Position numbers and translations under genes: made by a program. 64,000 nt of DNA from the NCBI GenBank assembly GCA_951406725.2, contig OX597824.1:41354001-41418000 (forward strand), read 5' to 3'. Shown piece by piece: positions 26,115 through 39,690 of this stretch. Origin of the DNA: Octopus vulgaris (Eukaryota). How positions within the stretch are numbered: the first letter of the stretch is position 1; each line of letters opens with the position of its first letter. Below the pieces are notes generated by a model. The model saw only the letters and a list, made by a program, of their open reading frames with translations. It ran no database searches and was not told the origin of the DNA.

Positions 26115-26330
26115 AGTTAATCCAAACAAGAAAACACAAAAAGACACAACAACGCGAGGACGTGGAACAACAAATATAGTATTATTGGACGCTCAGTAAA
26201 GAAGGAAAGAAGGAGTGTTTAACGTTTCGAGCGGAGCTCTTCGTCGGAAACATAGGAGAAGGAAAGATCCAGAGAAGGGAAGACAGAGGAAAAAAAATCG
26301 CCAACGGTACACACGAGGTCACATTTTGAA
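26115..26330 (-). mobile_element. Penelope-like pseudo-LTR end with hammerhead motif (family A, 26216-26252)
   Basis: Minus strand TGTTT CCGACGA a GAGC tcc GCTC GAAAC GTT AAACA with a perfect 5-bp stem I; TTAATCCAAAC terminus next to (TA)n, as at 14196 and 16691. Confidence 0.7.
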
Positions 26331-26758
26331 AAAAAAAAAAAAAATATATATATATTTCTGGTTATAACAATCAGTGCACTGGAGTAATGGTTATTGTATG
26401 GGGAAGAAGGCGGGGGAGAGAAGATGGAAATATGTTAATAGAATAGACAACAGGGTGGAAGTAGGTAAAAGGATGGTATAAGAGTCACTAAAATCAGGAG
26501 CATTGCATTGCCAAATTTGGAAGAGGGACAGTCCTAAAACATTTGTGTTTGTAGTCAGGTCAACACACATTACCATATTAGCGTTGTATATAGGTAAGAT
26601 ATTCTCCACCCATTGTGTTGAAATTTCATACGGGCTTTTTATAGACGTGGTCAGTCTAAGACAGTAATGTTCAGTTGTTACTATCTATCATACTAGGGGA
26701 ATTATATTAGGAGATAAAAGGATACTAGTTGTAGTCATATTGTAGAGATCAAGAATGC

Positions 26759-28311
26759 TCTTACTATCCAGTGAATGGCTTTCTTACGGGTTCGAATATG
26801 CCTCAAGCATATTTGAACTGTTAAGAAGTTTGTATATCTGTATAAATCACAGTATGTGTGTGTATATTGTGTAACGCATACATTTACACAATTCTCAACC
26901 AATTTTCACCAAACTTTACACATACATTACTTATGTCTCAAGGATGGTCATGCATTATAGCATTTTGCCCAGAGCTCCCGCGTAAATGGACAAACATGGA
27001 AAAACGGTAGTTTATACGGGTTTTTCTCTGATTCGTTGTATGTACATAGTTTTTTGTATGTAGTCTTCCATACTTTTTAATCTATATAGTCATATATTAG
27101 CATTAGAGAATATTTTTAGTGGTTTTCACATTTTTATTTATTATTTATTTATATGTTGTAATTGTATATTATTTATTTTCTATATACTTTTTATATGTAT
27201 ATTGGTGTGTGTTGAGTGTTTTGGTTTTTAGATAATATTATAAAAGTGAAAGGATTTTGTCTATTTATTTCGACTGTTTTCCATATTTTTTTAATCTATA
27301 TGGTCGTATATTTGCATTACATAATATGTTTTAGTTATTTTCACATTAAAAAAAATATTCATTTATATGTTGTAATTGTGTATTATTACTGTCTATATTT
27401 TATGTGTATTGGTGTATATTGTTTGAGTGTTTCAGTTAGAAAATATTATAAAACTGAAAGGATTTTGTCTATTTATTTATTTATTTCGACTGTCTACCTG
27501 CGACAGTGATTAAATCGACTAAAAACACTGTACGCCAAAGGTTCTCAACCCATTTTGGCCAAAGGACCCCTTTTGACTCTTGGAGTCACAAATGTCCCCC
27601 ACCCCAGAAAATATTTTTATTTTTAAATGTACTACTTATTTTGATATCAGCAGATAATGATTATAAAACAAAGGATGTCGTTTAACATATGCGCTTGTAC
27701 GCAGTCGGGAGTACAGATGTACAAATTGAAATGAAAAAAATAAAACGAAATAATGAATTGAAAGTTTGGTGATTGCGTTTATTTCCACCACGCGACATTT
27801 ATGAGATCAACATTTTGTCTATCAACAGAGTGCTCTTTGGTACAAGTAAATGTCGATGAAATCATTTCAAACCTTTCTGATTTTCCTTATCAAAACAGCA
27901 AGATCTTGTGCAACAATTTGACATATAAATTATTGTCACCCGGGAAAATGACTTTTTATGCTCAAGAAAGAGAGTGTATTTGGTAGAAATTGTTAAAATA
28001 CATATGTACTTCATACAGGTAACAAATTGAAATTTTTTGTTGAAAATGACGTACAACTGTCAACATTTGTACCAGAAGTTGACTCATTTAATATCAGAAT
28101 AAATTTTTACAGAAAAAATATAATGAAGTTGACTTTTATTTATGCTTACATTTTCTGTATAAATTACACATTTCAATGAGTTGCAGATGAACGACTATCT
28201 TTCCATACAGACACAGCACAGGCTACACTTTCAGGTTTTTTGGATAAAATTTTCAGAAATAACCCAATAGGTTTACCATTAATTCCGTGAAATGTTTACG
28301 GGTTCCGCTAG
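26759..28311 (+). mobile_element. Putative non-autonomous Helitron
   Basis: 3' end: hairpin CCGTGAA-atg-TTTACGG (28285-28301) then CTAG|T (28308-28311). Candidate 5' TC at 26759 is uncertain. Internal ~210-bp tandem duplication. Confidence 0.5.
27068..27493. repeat. Two diverged ~210-bp tandem copies
   Basis: CCATA..TTTTTAATCTATAT...GAAAGGATTTTGTCTATTTATT..TCGACTGT occurs at ~27068-27277 and ~27281-27493. Confidence 0.8.
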
Positions 28312-29154
28312 TATATATTAATGTTTTCTTTCATGTCGAGTTACATATATAAAAAAGCAGCACTAAAATGAATGATCACTCAATACCCTTGAGTAGAATA
28401 AGCATTTAACTTCCCGTTTGCTGAGCATCAATTCGTTTTTATGATGTAAAAATGAAGTTAAACGAAAACGTGATATTTTGAAATGATTTAATATATGGTT
28501 CAGGTACACATCTTAAATCATCTTAAAATATCACGTTTTAAAATATCATACACACACACACAAGCACACATACACACAAACTCGCGCACGCACACACACA
28601 CGCATATTGAATATTATATATTATTAATATATTAATGTTGCTTTTTATGTCGTTATATATAGAAAAAATATTAAAAATATTAAACTGTAGATTTAATGTC
28701 GAGAGCTGTCTTAAGTTGTTTGCACCAAGATTTATTAAATATTCTATTGATTAATGGGTTTTTTTTTCAGATAATCACCCATGTGTTCAATGTTATAGCA
28801 TTTTCAATCGATCAAAGATAATCGAATGCGTAGCTTGACCTATAGCATATACATATACATATGTTGTTTACGTGTATCTTTGTGATACAGAAACACAGGA
28901 CTATGCTCAATAAACACTTATTGCATAGTGTTGATCATTGCCCGGCCGGTCATGACAGCGGTTAGCGATGTTAACAAGATATTGGGTAAAAAAGTGTAAC
29001 GTGATTTAAGCTGAAGGAAATAGGGCGAAGGTGAGACAAATATGTTGGTGGCCATTGAACGGGAGTATAGCATTTGAAGTTGGCTATATTTGGCCCAAAT
29101 ATTCTTGCTTGCTTGCTTCGTGCTCTTGCTTGATGGGACTGGGATCATCCCTGG

Positions 29155-29550
29155 TTAGCGGTCTCAGAGACGTCATCATGCATAGAGCTGACCAGATCCA
29201 CCAGTGCTCACCATCAATGACAGTTCCATGCCAGCCCCTCAACATCCTTCAAGGTGTCGTCGAGCCTTTGGAGATCTTTCCCAATTATGTCTCACCGTAT
29301 GATACGGGGCCTGCTACGAGGCCGCTTCCAGCCCGTAGTTGTTGTGTTGAACGAGAGTAAAACCCTGGATGTTCTAGAGGAAGACGGAAGATATGACCCC
29401 ATCAGCGCATGCAATGAATAGTTATGAGGTGGGAGCGTGCGGTCTGATGCGTGCGCGCACGCAATTCCTTGCTGGAAACGTGAAGGTATCATCTGATGTT
29501 CTCGATGGTTCTCAGGGCTCTGCTATCGAAGCCATCGATCCTATACCTGC
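29155..29550 (-). mobile_element. 3' end of an RTE-clade LINE, decayed
   Basis: Minus-strand translation TTGWKRPRSRPRII matches the GxRxxGRPxxxW C-terminal motif of RTE ORFs. Confidence 0.6.
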
Positions 29551-30332
29551 TTTTATATTAAAACCGAACAAATCTGGCCTCTCACGTCTACCATACAATC
29601 TCATTTTAAGTTACGAGATAAGGCTTGGTCAATTCATAACTGTGAATAAGTAAGTATTACATTAGAGAGAGTATTCTGAATGGTAATGGGTTAATACATG
29701 TTTATGCGTGGGAAGTAGTATTTCGTAGTCAGTTTCGTGTGGAAAAATTGGTTAAATCAGATTTGAACACAAATGAACTGAAATGCGCTGAACAAAATGT
29801 CTGCCATGTCACCACCTACATATAATAAAAGAAGCATGTCGGATCATTGCTGATTCCTGATGCGAGGAATCGTACTTAAAAACTAAAGTATGTTCTTTCA
29901 AAAATCAAAGCTATATAATAGTATTAGAAAACACATATAACGTGTGTACTATCTGCCCTTCTATCTTCTCTCCTTCTGTCTCTTTCTTATAAGAATGAAA
30001 GATATAATTTAGAACCAAATTTGTGGATTTACATTCATTTTTATAGGTTAGCTATGCATTGTATGTATTTCATTCATGGACGAAATAGCCATGATATACA
30101 TATACACATGCATACATTAATAGATACTGTGTTCATACATATACAGTTACGCAATACATACATGCATATACATACATATATGTATACATACATAAATATG
30201 TATATGTATACACACACACATACATATATATTTAATTATTATAATGAAGGATAAAATCGTTGAAGATTTTATCAGTGGCCAGCATATAATATAGACTTAT
30301 ATTATATGCTGGCCACTTATTAAGGTGAATTC

Positions 30333-31020
30333 ATATATAGAGATTTATGATAGTATAAAATACAATTATAATTAATGGCATAGAAGAGGTCATGCCTATG
30401 CTGAAAATAGATGCTAAATCGTCAAATCACTTAAAATTATCATTTTTATAGTACACACGTGTTGAAATCGAGGGAGTAGGTTCACAGATATTCATAAAAT
30501 AATTAGCCGTGGGTCAATCAATTTTTGGTTTAGTCTAATAACTTTTCCTTATCAGCAAAGCATACTGAGGGAAATAAATGAGATATTTATCCTTTATTAT
30601 TATAATTGAATAATTTCCATTCACTCTGGGAGTCTAATCACTTCTATACTACTCAGATCAAATACACACGCGCTGAGGTAGACTACGAAATTCAAATGCA
30701 GATATATTTGTGGTATTTGTAAGTAATCGTTGCTTTGCGTTTGCTTCCCTGGGAGTATGTATAAATATCTTATTTACTTTCCTCAGTATACCTTGCTGAT
30801 GAGGAAATGTTATTAGACTAATCCAAAAATTGATTGACCCACGGCTGACTATTTTATGAATTTCTGCGAACCTGCTCCCTCGATTTCAACACGTGTGTAC
30901 TATAAAAGTAATAATTTTAAGTGGTTTGACGATTTAGCATCTATTTCCAGCATAGACATAATCTCTTCTATGTCCTTAATTATAATTGTATTTTATACTA
31001 TTATAAATCTCTCTATATAT
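30333..31020. repeat. Long inverted repeat (~255-bp arms, ~170-bp spacer)
   Basis: 30333-30590 is the reverse complement of ~30760-31020, with roughly 24 differences by eye, mostly transitions. Confidence 0.92.
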
Positions 31021-31120
31021 TTATACACACTCATACATACACACACACACACATACACACACAGACACACACACACACACACTCTCTCACACACACACAC
31101 ACACACGCACACATATATAT

Positions 31121-31303
31121 GCGCAGGAGTGGCTGTGTGGTAAGTAGCTTCTTACCAACCACATGGTTCCGGGTTCAGTCCCACTGCGTGGCACCTTTGG
31201 CAAGTGTCTTCAACTATAGCCTCGGGCCGACCAAAGCCTTGTGAGTGGATTTTGTAGACGGAAACTGAAAGAAGCCCGTCGTATATATGTATATATATAT
31301 ATT

Positions 31304-31364
<61 letters not shown>

Positions 31365-31565
31365 TTGTGTGTCTGTGTTTGTCCCCCGAACATCGCTTAA
31401 CAACCGATGGTGGTGTGTTTACGTCCCCATTACTTAGCGGTTCGGCAAAAGAGACCAATAGAATAAGTACTAGGCTTACAAAGAATAAGTCCTGTGGTCG
31501 ATTTGCTCGACTAAATGCGGTGCTCCAGCATGGCCGCAGTCAAATGGCAGAAACAAGTAAAAGAG
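31121..31565 (+). mobile_element. Full-length tRNA-derived SINE with internal (TA)n(TG)n microsatellite
   Basis: A-box TGGCTGTGTGG, B-box GGTTCAGTCCC, CORE-like TTGGCAAGTGTCTT, internal microsatellite 31282-31375, conserved 3' half; several homologues in the window. Confidence 0.9.
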
Positions 31566-31569
31566 TATG

Positions 31570-31609
<40 letters not shown>

Positions 31610-31771
31610 AGGTATATTTGCCATCCCAATATGGCTAACCACTAAGGGTGGGTGTTACTCTAGCTTGTAGCTCCAGGAGAACATTTCCTCCAGCTGGCTA
31701 TAGGCACATTTTCTGTGACCTATCGGTATTTGCAAAGGGAGGTCATCCTTCTCTCGTCAACCTAAGTAATA

Positions 31772-31816
31772 CGCACGGACTGCAGTTTCTGGGTATTGAC
31801 CCGTCATCAGCGCACG
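31772..31816 (-). ncRNA. Near-canonical minimal type-I hammerhead ribozyme (family C)
   Basis: CGTGCG CTGATGA c GGGT caat ACCC a GAAA CTGCAG TC CGTGCG: intact core, 6-bp stem I (two G-U), 4-bp stem II, palindromic stem III ACTGCAGT, GUC cleavage triplet; lies in a ~210-bp insert (31610-31820) between microsatellites. Confidence 0.85.
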
Positions 31817-31894
31817 ACAATCACATATACACACATATACACACACATGCATGCATATATACATATATGTGTGTGTGTGGTGCGTGAGTGTGTG

Positions 31895-32100
31895 TGTCTT
31901 TTCGTGTTTGTATTTGTCTTCCCATCTTGACAACCGGTATTGGTCTACTTACGCCTTCGCAGCAGTGCAGTTGAGCAAAATAAGCTGAGTGAATAAATTG
32001 TGGACCTAAAAAAAAAAAAAAATACCGGGGTCGATTTCTTCGATTAAACTCTTCAAGACGATGCCCCCGCTTGGCCGCTGTTCAGTGACTGAAACAAAAA
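31895..32100 (+). mobile_element. Degenerate 3' half of the 31121-type SINE
   Basis: CTTGACAACCGGT...GGGGTCGATTT...TGGCCGCTGTTCAGTGACTGAAACAA. Confidence 0.6.
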
Positions 32101-33757
32101 GTCATTGTATATAGTATGTATTTATGTATGTATGTATGTATGTATGTATGTATGTATGTATGTATGTATGTATGTATGTATGTATGTATGTATGTATGTG
32201 TGTATGTATGTATGTATGTATGTATGTGTGTATGTATGTGTGTATGTGTGTGTATGTATGTGTGTATGTATGTGTGTGTGCGCGTGTGTGTGTGTGTTTG
32301 TGTTTACGTATATTAACATGAACACGCTAACTTGAAATAATGTATTTAGTATTTGCATTGTGTTTATTGTAGTGAGATGTGTTTACTCAATATGTTTGTA
32401 TTGATTATGTGTATGCTGTATGTTAAATGTACCTATGTGTAATATGTGCAGTTGTGTTAGCCTGTGATCTCGGTGACTGGCAACCAGTTAGAAAAAAATT
32501 TGTCGTTCGTGTGGATAGTGTATTGAATATCATAGTTGTCCTTGGAGTATTTGTATTATTGTCTAAATAAGTAAAATGTAAGCCATCTCTAGGAAAGGAG
32601 CCCGTAAGACTCTCTGAATGGCACGCTTAAACAAAAAAATTATCTTGAAATATTTTAGTTGTGCTGCCCGCCTGATGATGAGCCGACCACTTCTTTTAAA
32701 AAGGTTGCGTATGCGTACAAGCTTTTGGAGTAGGATATATGAACCATGCAGTTTTAAATCCAAATATCTCTAAAGCCGCTACTGACTCTAATAGATAGCG
32801 GGTTTTGGGATCTTTAATATTTTGATACATTGCAACTTTGATTTGTTTTTCATGATATCTGACCCACTGTAACTTGCGTGTTTAATTTTGGATTACACAT
32901 CGTAGTAATCTTCTTGAGCCCCACTACATGGTGTAATCCTCTGTGATCTTGCTTCTTTAATTTTGGATTTCATTTCATAGTAATATTCTTGAGCTCAACT
33001 ACCTGAGTAGAGAAAAAAATGGAAATCGTACTCACAAATAATGAGTCGGTAATCCAGTTGTGATATTTTGTGACATTTACCTTCGACTCGGTAAACCTAG
33101 TTTTCATTATCTTTCGCTGAAGTGAATAGCAGCGGAAACTGCAGCGGGTTCAAATTTGGATGCAAGAAATTGATGCAATGAAAGGGAGGTCTTTCTTTAT
33201 TATTATTATTAATTCTTTTTTTTTTACACATGCTGAAACTAGAGGAAGCGATATTCTCCATGGCTTTTGTAGACCTTCCGAGGCTAGTGTGTGCGATGCT
33301 CTTAATGTTCTCTTTTAAATGTTTCATGTCTACACCTGCAAAAAACAAAAAGTAGAGAGAAGATTCCGTGGAGGGGGGGGGGGGCGATGTTCTTGGGAGA
33401 GAGGCCTGGACATTTTGGTTAGAGTGGGTGGTAGTACTTCATATGGTAAACACCTGAGTTACATACCACAACGAACTTATTACACGCATACTTGAAGAAT
33501 GTCTGCTCGTTAGACGAGTATCACCATTGCTGACAGGGAAGTGTCACCTATGCCCGCGCAATTGTTTTAGGTTAAGTGCAGCTTGCACAATACTGCAACG
33601 AATATCACTAGCAATACCAATAAGTCCAGATACAAGCAAAATGCAAGATATCCGGCTCTGTAGAGCAGCGAGTTGTATATACGAATTAACCTTCTCCAAA
33701 AGGGATGTTGTAACAAAGACCAGGCGTCTGTCACTCCTAATATACATACATATACAT

Positions 33758-33828
<71 letters not shown>

Positions 33829-34599
33829 GATTTATGTATTGGAAAAACTTCACTTGTTCGGCAAATGATTTGAAATGATAGTTTCACAATTATTTCATAT
33901 CCGAATTTTGATTCTTTGCATTAGCTGTAAAATCTCCCTCTGATTTGCGGGAGCCCAAAATTACAGCAATACCCATAATAACTATGCAGAAATCTACGTA
34001 GAATAAGAGAGCGAACCTGTGAGCGTTTCAATATGAAGCTTGATTGCAAGTTTGCTGTTGCAGCTAAGACAGCGAATTGGCATAATCTTTAGAGCATCGG
34101 ATAGGATGCCTTACTCTGTTTGTTCTGTAAGACTCTGAAATCTGAGTTCAAATCTCACAGATATAAATTTTGTATTTCTTCCTTTTAGGGTCGATAAATA
34201 AAGTGCTGCAGTTCAATAATGAGATCGATTCTTCTCTCTTTCACTTTCTCCCTGGATTGTACATGTAATTCAAAGGAGCTCTTTGTTACACTGTGTCACG
34301 CCGATTCGGCTTGAGAAATGTGTTGAGGGTAGATATGCTTGCGGAATAATCAACCATTTAGACGTTAGTTTCAAGAGTAGGAATCCATCTATAACAATCT
34401 AGCATTGAATTAATTCTGCAACAAATATCTACCTCTTGGGGCTAATGTGACACAAATAAAAATATACCAAAGTTAATGACCATTGTAAAGAAGTCCTCAC
34501 AACTTATGATTCGACCCCACCCCGCTATTTTTCTCAAAGTCCAGGCTTCACTATTTATAGCTTCATCTTAATAGATTACTTTAATTTTAATCATTACTG

Positions 34600-34770
34600 C
34601 ACTGGGCAAAACGCTTAGCGGCATTTTGTCCGTCTTTACGCTCTGATTTCAAATGTTGTCGAAGACGACTTTACATTTCATCCTTTCGGAGTCGATAATA
34701 TCAGTACCAGTTGAGCATTGGGGTCAATGTTCATCTGAAAACTTATTGTCCTTGTGCGAACAGTTGACAC
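34600..34770 (+). mobile_element. Degenerate Meta-like SINE
   Basis: GCTTAGCGGCATTT...GACTTTACATTTCATCCTTTCGGAGTCGATAATATCAGTACCAG; another decayed copy at ~34065-34230. Confidence 0.7.
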
Positions 34771-35117
34771 CAATAACTTTATTTTAAAACATTATTTATG
34801 GCAGCTTTTTATTTTTAATAAAACTGAAGCAATTTATTAAAGAACATTGACAAAAATTTTAATTTAGTAAAAAAAAAATCAATATTTTCAAAAATGAGTA
34901 TTTCTTCAATTTTTTTTATTTCAATAAAAATTTAGAATAAGCGTTTTTAAAAAGTAAGCTTTTATAAAGCATATTTTTAATTTTTATTTATATGTATCTA
35001 ATTCTGATTCGCGACGTTCGATAAATGTATCAGTCATATTATTTTAATATTTAGTAATGCTTTAATATTTAATTTTTATTTTATAAAAGGTTTTGGTAAA
35101 ATATTTAAAAATATTAG

Positions 35118-35325
35118 TTTCAAATTTTGACACGAAGCCAGCAACTTTGAGGATGGGGTAAGTCGATTGTATTGACCTCAGTGCTTAACTGGTATTTATT
35201 TTATCGACTCCGAAAGGACGAAAGGTAAAGTCGACCTCAGCGGAATTTGGACACAAAATGTAACGACGGACGAAATGCTGCTAAGCATTTTACCCGAGGT
35301 GCTAACAATTCTGCCAGATCGCCGT
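35118..35325 (-). mobile_element. Meta-like SINE
   Basis: TTTATCGACTCCGAAAGGACGAAAGGTAAAGTCGACCTCAGCGGAATTTG...TTCTGCCAGATCGCCG. Confidence 0.8.
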
Positions 35326-38300
35326 CTAAGAAAAATATGGAACGCTTCACGAATTTGCGTGTTATCATTGCGCAGGGGCCATGTTAATCTGTATCGTTGC
35401 AATTTTAAAATACGTACAGCCAAATCCTGTACAAAATATTTTGAAAATATTTTTAAATGTTTTAAAAAGTATTTTAAGAGTTTTACTGAATAAAAAAGAT
35501 TTATTTTAATATTTTACTAAATAAATTTTCTTTTTAGTAAATTTCCTTTAACAACTTGCTTCAGTTTTAAAACATATTTAAAAAATATTTCCGTGAAATA
35601 AACTTAGCATTTTCAAGTCTGCTTTGTGAGTATTTTCTTTGTCGATATTTTATCTTTCTGCATTCTTGGACTATATCACCCAATACATCTGTAACTGAGT
35701 GTAGATGAAAACTCCCACGATAGCCGAAGTATATATGAAATTTTGGTAGTCAAGTTGGGTTCAGGCTGCGTATAATGAAGGCACAGCACTCGTGAACAAT
35801 TAACAGAATTTTAATTTACCACACAAATAATTTCCATATTGGTCGTGAATTAAAAATTGCGACAACACAGTTTACACAGAGAAAGGACAATTATGTAGCT
35901 CTTACAAATAATTCATTAAAAAGGCTCTGTAATCGAGTTGTTAAGATAGGAGAAAATGTACACATTGGGTTCACGCCGGCTAACAGTAGCTGCTGACTAG
36001 ATTGAGTAAAGAGTCGTAATAACGATTGTTTAAAACAGCAAAATGAGTATGTGGTTAGCTTAATTTCGCGTGGTCACAAACTAAAGTTAGGCATTCAAAA
36101 CGTGCCTATTTATAGGCCTTGTTAGGATAATATTCTAGAGTCTTCCAGTATAATGCATCACGCGATGTCTGCCTGCTGGCTGGTTCATAACTCGGTCGAT
36201 CTCATGAAAGATCTGTAACTAAGTTGTTATTTTACCTTAGCAATTTTCCGATTAGGTTTCGAATCTTGCTACACATCCTCCATTCATTGAAGATGACATA
36301 TTTTAGAGAGCTTTGGTTACTATTTCTAAGTGACAAAATAACAACGAAGAGGCTCCCTCGATAACTCTAAACTACATCTGTAAGAGTATTTGAAATATAC
36401 AAGCTAACGATACACTAGTGTTAAGCTATAAAGTCATTCCTTTAATAATTGCTTCTCTCAATGTCGTCCATTTATTACTAGATATATTTGTTCCATGAGA
36501 GCCCCGCACATGACCATGGGCCGTATACGGTTAGGCAATCTTTTGTAGTTGGTATGCCGAGAAACGAACTATCAACATTAATGCATTTGACAAATATTCA
36601 CCCGTATGTTCGTTTGAACACCATTGCACCATCAAAGTCTTGTGCTTTTTGCTTCCTACGTGTCACATATAAGGCGCTGACATCTGTAAATTCATATCGG
36701 GGCATACAAAGCAAAATACTATTTGCTTTCTTTCTATGCATTCTTTTTTCATGCCCTAATTTGACGATAGGAAGATACAGCAAAAGGAGAGATGTGAAGG
36801 AAAGATGTCATAACGATCCACTTGAAATTCATAGAAGCACATGAAATTCTCTCGGATCAGTCGTTTTATTATACTTACATCTTAACATCCGAGCCCTTTG
36901 CGTTCGAGCCTACGCGAAGAGCTACGCCAATTCGGAATGCACCACTGTCAAGCTTGATGCCAAGCTCGGATAAAAGAAGGTAACTGAGTAAGGTACCATT
37001 CTGTACAGCAGCGAACCATACAAAACCTTAACGATTTTTGAGTTATAGAATATAAATGAAAAATAATAAGAAAGATAAATAAGAGAAATTAAGAATAAAA
37101 AGAAACGAGAAGAAAAAACTTTAAAGTTTGTTTCGTTTTTACTAAAACGATAATCTTTATTGCGCTGTTACCAAATAATAAAGGCATTGAGGGTACAACA
37201 GATAGATCGAAGATCGAAGCACAACAAAACATTGAAAGTAAAATTTTATTGTAATTTATACACATTTTTCTTTCTCAAAAAAAAAAAAACCAAACAAAAA
37301 AACGAAAATAAAAATATCAGATTTGTTAAGCAATTCAAATTTGCTTTATATATGGTAGTTGTGATAGTGTTGGTGGTAGGAGAGATAGGCATTAAAATGA
37401 AGAATCCATGTTTATTTTCTTTTTATTGTTATATTCTCTTTTATTTCAATGTTATTATTTTGCTTTCTTTTTAGTTACCTTTATTTTATTTTTAATTAAA
37501 TTTAATTTTCTTTTATACTTTCTCTTTTCAAATATCCATTAAAAATATAAAATAAAATAAATTTGAAAAGAGAAATGAGAATGAATCTTTGAAGGAATGA
37601 AAATTAATGGGCAAAAAAAAACGTTATTTGAATATTTATTTTAGTTTTATTTCATTTTAAATGACAAGTTTTAAGGCAAAAGATTTTGTCTGAAGATGCA
37701 AAATATATATTTTTACCGCACGAAAAAGCGGATATGATAAGGCAATAAATTCGGCATATTAAAGCAATATGGCCGATACATTTAGCTGACGTCGCAAATC
37801 AGAAGTCAGCGAGTTTCTGGAGTGGGATTTTAAAATATATATATGTTTGTATGTACATATGTATGCATGTATGTATGTACGTACATATGTATGTATGTGC
37901 ATGTGCATGTGTATATGTATAGGTGCAGCTATATATATATATATATATACATACACATATGTACTTACATGCATACATACGCATATACATTGTTCAGAAT
38001 TCGGCGTATGTTTCTACGGTTTCAATTAGATACGCTCGTTATTGTATGTATGTTTGTTTCTTTTGAGTTAAAAGAATTTTCTACTGCAATTCACTTAATC
38101 TTCATAGCTGTCCTTGTAGGTTTAGGTTAGGAAAATCCGAAATTCTACAGATTATTGATAAGATGAAAGAGGGAATTATCTTTCCTTCTGTTTCCTCTTT
38201 AATATATTTTTGCCCTTCTTATCTTATATGTTTTCCTATTCTAAATAATAGACACAAATAAATAATTTCAACTTTATTATGTAAAGTTTAATGTATTTAT

Positions 38301-38515
38301 TTAAAATAGTCTTTGCATGTGTTCTTGTTTTAAACGTGTGAGTGCGTTTTTGTGTATGTAAACGTAAACACAAGTATTTAATGCGTATACATGTGTATAC
38401 GTGTATATATACGCACATTTATATGCATAGATACACACACACACATATATATATAAAATAGAAAATTTCTATTTGTAAATCTTTCAACGAGAGATATTCA
38501 GTAATATATATATAT

Positions 38516-38558
<43 letters not shown>

Positions 38559-38852
38559 GCGGCTTATGGTTTATTCTCCTCAGTGTTTGTTGCAAAGTAG
38601 TTTGTATGGAAAGACTAAGCAGATATTTCAAGATACAATTTCACGTGAAAAACCATACTATTAATGATAATAAAAATGCTTATAAAATATAACGTTAATA
38701 TTTTCATAATAATATTTAAATACAATGCAAAAACCAATAGGCTTTGCTCTTATTTCTAATATTGCTATTCCTGTTCTTTAGGAGATTCAGAATTGTTCAT
38801 GTTTATTTGGGAGGTATTTCGTAACGGGGTATTATAGGTGAAGGAATGTTTA

Positions 38853-38903
<51 letters not shown>

Positions 38904-39134
38904 CATAAGAATCCTGATGGGTGAAATCTATATAAACTTAAGTAAAAAAATATTTTAGGCAAATGCATGGCTATTCATTGCACATTTTGGACGTTAAGGC
39001 ATATTCATAATATGTAAAAATGTCTTCTCAAACTAGGGAGAAAATTTTCCATCTGAGAGAGAAAGACATTTATAGTTCTCACCGTGGTCTTCTAAATATA
39101 TATCTATGTGTATATATATATCTAAATATATATC

Positions 39135-39198
<64 letters not shown>

Positions 39199-39603
39199 TA
39201 TATATATGTATGTATGTATGTAGGTGGTGTAAGTTTTATTTTTTCTACACAAAAACCAGTGTGGCTATGGAAATATGATAGAAATGAAAATTTTTGAAAG
39301 AAAGCTGTAAATGTCTTACATTGTTTTAAGAAAAATGGTAAAGGAAATTGAAAATAAACTTGAATAGAAATGAAGAATTATAAAAAAAAACGAAACCCAA
39401 CCAGACATGGTTGATATTGCATAATAAATAAGGGAATAAATAAATAAACTGAGTTTATATTTGTCGAGCAGTTGAGCAGGAATCCACATTTGGATGAACA
39501 TCAGAGGAGTGAGGCCTCACTAAATGCATGTATATGTAAACTATCAACCTATATGATATATCATATATATATATATTTATAAATAATATGCTATAAGTAT
39601 ATA

Positions 39604-39690
<87 letters not shown>

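Noticed and set aside
30670-30700. CTGAGGTAGACTACGAAA hammerhead-like string
   Set aside because: Core lacks G8-A9 spacing and stem II would have a 1-nt loop; not called.
31121-31195. tRNA gene candidate (also 8716-8790)
   Set aside because: A/B boxes belong to SINE heads; no full cloverleaf or terminator.
36488-36844. 118-aa non-repetitive ORF
   Set aside because: No recognisable domain, non-ATG start, no supporting exon structure.
36901-36925. CGTTCGAGCCTACGC, similar to the family-A hammerhead stem II
   Set aside because: Only ~15 nt match with no flanking homology.
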